From assembly GCA_040954595.2 (NCBI GenBank), contig CM082581.2:5758699-5822698 (forward strand): a stretch of DNA of 64,000 nt, in the 5' to 3' direction. Below, piece by piece: positions 59,405 through 64,000 of this stretch. The DNA comes from Balanoglossus misakiensis. Its lineage: Eukaryota; Animalia; Hemichordata. The translations under genes and the position numbers were made by a program. Within the stretch, counting starts at the first letter, position 1. The number at the start of each line of letters is the position of its first letter. The notes beneath the pieces were generated by a model. It made no database searches. It had not been told where the DNA came from and saw only the letters and a list, made by a program, of their open reading frames with translations.

Positions 59405-62173
59405 TACAACCAACCTTAGTTTTCACATAATAATAGTTCTTATCAGCGCATTAGGCTGAAAGCTTGAACTTTACAAAACAATAATATATATAGTGTAAAA
59501 TGACAAACAGTTAAAAATCGATGAAAAGGAAGGTTATGAGTTGAGTTTTGAAAGGTCCAATTGAAGTATCGGCTTTCCATGATTAGAGACCCGCAACAGA
59601 GAAAGCCCGTTCACCATAAGGCTGCACGAATTCAAAATTATGTTTGACGTCACCTCAAGACCCCAAAACCTATGAAGGGGGTGGTTTACAAAACAAAGCC
59701 TTGTAAAATAAAAAAAACCCGGATAATATCACCCAAGATGAGCTAATTTGTTACGAGAAAATCTTGTTTTTCATACGCATAAGAGCGCTTAAGGCGAAAA
59801 TTTAAACACGTTTCTTGGCCCATACACGATCTCAAACACATTGTACCAGTTTGATCTCATGTCAAGCTGTGTGGACACTAGAGAATAATTATGGAACTGC
59901 AATGACAACGGTACAACCACGAATAAAGGCGGGTTCTGCATGAAAGGAAACGAAAGGTTGGGGAACTGGCCATCTGTTTACTGAACCCAATACTTATTTT
60001 GTAAAAAAGATCAATGTGAAAATGGCGATTGGCGTGTGCTTTCACAGCATGCAGTGGTTTTACCGAGAGTTTCATTTGTAAACTGAAACGTACCCAGATG
60101 AAATACACGGCTGGGGGTGGGGGTGGGCAAACGTTTGGCTCGTGGTGATCTAAATTATTGCAAATGTGACAACATAAATATTTCAAGCTGTTACATTTCT
60201 GTTCAGTATGTTTACACTCTTTGTCAGAATACCAGCTGGTTACAATAAACGCGTCTTCAGTGAAATCAGAAAACAACTGGTTGAACTTTCGGACCTCTTG
60301 AAATTGTCCAATGTGTTTCTTATTAATGAAGAGATCACTTCGTACTTATTGTAACCTTGTAAAAATCTAAAAACGGATAATACCGCCCAAGGGGAACCAA
60401 TTTGTTCTGAGAAAAAACATTTTTTTTCTCAAACGCATAAGGCCAATATTTTCACACTTTTGTAATGTAAAGGCAAATAATATTCTCACAATTGACTGGC
60501 AACATTTTTTTTCAATCGACTGAAGTCAAATGTTCCACCCTGATGGGTAATCTAGTCGGAATCAGTTCTTCTTATAGTAAATATTAGATCGTAAATCGTC
60601 CTTTTCGTTCAGTACTTCACGTACACGGTGAGATATATTAATTTTATTAAATATCGAAAATGCGTTTCTTTTTGCCGTCATTGTCCTGGCCTTCAGCTAT
60701 TAGGAGCAATTTACTTTAAACTCAGTCATTACGGGCAAGATTTGACGTTTGACGCCCGCTGTAGTATTCGCGATGTATATGTTACCTTTCAAAATTAGTT
60801 TAAAATTTCAGCGGCAAGCCTTATTATTTCTGAGAACAGAGGTTCAAACGAAACAGACTATTAAACGCTTGTCTTCATGCTGTCTTCATCAAAACTCTGA
60901 AATCGGCGGGGAAAGGTCGACAAACTTGCAAACAAGACACTATGCAGCCAACTCTGCAGCCGATTGTTGATTGGTTACGCCCGCACTCACCATAACTTCC
61001 ATATACGGCATAAATTTCACGAAAACGTTTACGCTTCGCGAACAATGGGCAGGTACCAAGCAGATGGGGGAGGGTATTTCTTCATAAATGATACATTCAA
61101 ATAACTAGTAGCCCCAGTTACTATCATTTTTGAGGTTAAATTTTAACGTTATAAACAAGTAAAAGTTGAATACTTCTGCTCAATTTGTATGTCGTTAAGT
61201 TTGAACAAAACTTATCGTGTTGTCAAATCCTTAGAAATCGATTCCCTCCCTTCTCTAGTAATGTGCGGTACTAACATTTCAGTATTTATTGAACATATCT
61301 TCACTTACTAATCCATTGCCGTGAGAACTTTGACAGAGGCAACAAGTTCCATAAGGACGCGAACACAAAACTGTTCAACGTTCTGAGAAGAGAAAGCAGT
61401 AAACGTAGAAGATTAATTTTGAAGATTTCAAATGAGCTTAAGGTATGTGATGATTTTCTCCGAAAAGTAGCACCCATGCATATAAATTCTTCGCTAAATT
61501 TCCGTTGAACACGATTGGAAGTTTTTTTTTGAAAATTGCGTGAGAGAGAACACATTTCGTGATAATAGTACCGTGCCCAAATGAATGACGCTTTCTCCCT
61601 ATATGCTCACTTTCACATCGCAATATAGGGACCACGTACCATTAAAATATGCAGTAAGGAATTGATTTTTATCCGCCATTACCAAATTAGGGATTGTTCA
61701 ATTATGACTGCCGGAATGGAATAGCAAACTCCGGGGGTGGGGGCGTTGCGTCTTAAAATATGACATTTAAAGGTTGAACGTTTATACACATACGTGCATG
61801 AAACGGAGATGACTCGCTTAATTTTCGCAGCTAAGTTAAATCTACTGCATATTACTTATGGAGTAAGTATTGCTGGTCAATCAATCTTTATAATTTATCA
61901 CTGTGATACATAGAGAGAGTGTGATACAGTGTAAACTAATGAGTGAAATATTGCACATTTGTTTACCGAGTACAATTGGAACGATTCAAATTTGGTACAT
62001 CGCTTATTTTACTATAATGAGGTTGCGCATTTGCATGTTCTTTGACTCCTGTCCATGTTTTATGCTGTTTGCTGAGATTAGTCATTATGGATTTTTGCAT
62101 AAACTGAAGAGTTGCCATTTACACAGCAAAACTGCCCCTTGTATGAGTAAATTGACTTTTCGCTTTTTTCAGG

Positions 62174-63603
62174 ATGACTAACATCACTGTTGTGCTGCTG
62201 CTGTTCGTGTTTGTTAGAACCTCCACCACGCAAGACACCCGGGCCGGTGCAGACCAGTGCCTCAGTATTTGTCCGGAGTCATGGCCGGATACAAGGCGAC
62301 CAGTTGGACCACCAGGCCCCCCAGGGACACCCGGCATTTCCGGTCCAGTTGGAAGACAGGGTAAGACTGATCCCCGAAAAAATGAGTTTCATGTTACAGT
62401 GAGTTCAGGAAAAAAACATTTGGTGCCGAAAACAGCCATGAACTGCTTTCTTATTAGAATTGGGTGTGTTCCTAAATTTACCATTTTTTTTTTCAAAACA
62501 CCTTTATTTAGTCAAATGGGTGTCCACACGTAAAAATTCGCCATGGTCATTCGATGGCTTGGACACACTTTGACCATATATAGGCATATATGTTGTACTT
62601 CCCTTAAAACGTGTACCAATGGGAGTTGGTGGTATAATTGTTGAAGCCTCTCTCCCACTTTGTAGGTCAGCCTGGTGTGATTGGTCCCGTTGGTACTCAA
62701 GGGGTCAAAGGTGAACCTGGTGAGAAAGGCGATGTTGCTGTCAATGGAGATAAAGGTATTGTCTTTAACACTTTTGTATTAAGCAGCCGTTAATTGCAAT
62801 ACGACCAAATTCTGCTGTTGGATAAGATTACAATTTTAGTCTGAAAAGCATGGTGAGAAATAGGCTGACATCTTTATATATCCTTTTTGTGTAATGGAAT
62901 ATATATTTTTCATTTATTATTAATTATTATGCACTACATGCATTTAGTTAGTTACTGCTTGTTTTTAATACACCATTTTATCAGAATCCAGGATTCAAAA
63001 AGTTTGATGAAGTGTTCTCCCGTCTCTTCACAATGTTTAGGTGAATCTGGGGTTAGAGGTCAAACTGGGCATCCTGGGAAAATTGGTCCACAAGGTCCAA
63101 AGGGTGAGAGCGGTGAAAATGGAACTGATGGTGCTTCAGGTGGACCTGGAGTACCAGGGGTCAAGGGTCAGAAAGGTGAAACTGGCGAAGTGCAACAAGC
63201 AAAGGTGGCATTCACTGTGGGAAGGCATGATGGTTTAGAAGGGACCAGTTCTGAGCAAACTGTCACGTATCGTAATGCCATATTAAACGCAGGTGCAAAT
63301 ATCAATCTCGACACAGGTGTGTTTATCTGTGAGGTTCCTGGCATCTATTACTTCTCTTTCACATTCCGTTCATATTCCGGTACAGCAATTGATGTACACC
63401 TTAAACAGAATGGTTTCGGCATGTTTAAAATTTATTCCGGTAGCGATTCAGACTTCACTTTGCAATCTCAGAGTGGTATGTTACACCTGAACCGAGGTGA
63501 TGAAGTCAAACTAGTGCTACCTGGTAGTACCAATTACAGATTTTTCTATTGTGGTGGTATTCCTTGTAACATCTTCAGTGGGTTCCTAATCTACGCCGAC
63601 TAA
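62174..63603 (+). CDS. Secreted collagen + gC1q domain protein (C1q/CTRP-like), copy B, 279 aa; join(62174..62360,62666..62755,63041..63603)
   Basis: Tandem paralogue of copy A with the same exon structure and an open frame throughout. Exon 2 is 9 nt shorter, lacking one GEK triplet. Confidence 0.93.
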
Positions 63604-63829
63604 ACACCACAGTAAATTCATGTTATCCGCATATTAGAAAGTTGGGATCGTGTCCAGGTTGGTTATAATAATCGGTAAATTATAATTAAGAAAAAATAAT
63701 TAAGTAGTGATTTGTGTGAAAAGAGATGGCGAACACCCTATTTTTATAGGTTTTCGAATAGACTTCGTACGTTGTTTTACTATAGCACACAAGTGAAAGG
63801 TTTGAGGTAGATGACTGCTCGAAAGTTAG

Positions 63830-63998
63830 AACTCATTACCTGATGACATTCGTCTAGCTACCAGTCTAGACTCTTTTAAGGGGAAACTGAAGACTTACTT
63901 GTTTAAAACAGCCTACAGTGTGTGAACAACCATCGGGCGCCACTGAACAGTTCTCTGGATATTGGCGCCATATAAATGTTTTTGATTGATTGATTGAA
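63830..63998 (+). mobile_element. 5'-truncated L2/CR1-clade LINE 3' end
   Basis: It translates as NSLPDDIRLATSLDSFKGKLKTYLFKTAYSV*, the typical C-terminus of L2/CR1 ORF2. A short 3' UTR with a GCGCCA...TGGCGC stem and a (TGAT)n tail follow. Confidence 0.8.
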
Positions 63999-64000
63999 TA

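Overview
This is AT-rich, intron-containing animal genomic DNA, not prokaryotic. The gene set suggests a marine invertebrate deuterostome, possibly an enteropneust hemichordate (inference only). Six spliced protein-coding genes can be rebuilt by hand with consistent GT-AG phases: a Mad/Mxi1-family bHLH-ZIP repressor (minus, 6 coding exons), a PptH-like calcineurin-family metallophosphoesterase (minus, 2 exons), the homeobox gene Vax (plus, 3 exons), a DEK-C+SWIB protein of the Spp27/UAF30 type (minus, 10 exons) and two tandem collagen-C1q genes (plus, 3 coding exons each). The window also holds one tRNA-His(GTG), a Helentron-associated (HINE/DINE-1-like) element carrying a 237-bp satellite, several MITEs, a truncated L2-type LINE and microsatellites. 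The strongest leads are the PptH-like ACP-phosphodiesterase homologue with a possible mitochondrial leader, the diversified heads of the C1q paralogues, the Mxd-Vax linkage shared with two human paralogons, and a transposon-borne array of perfect nuclear-receptor DR1/DR4 elements. Nothing here demonstrates a wholly new multi-gene system. All functional ideas below are hypotheses.
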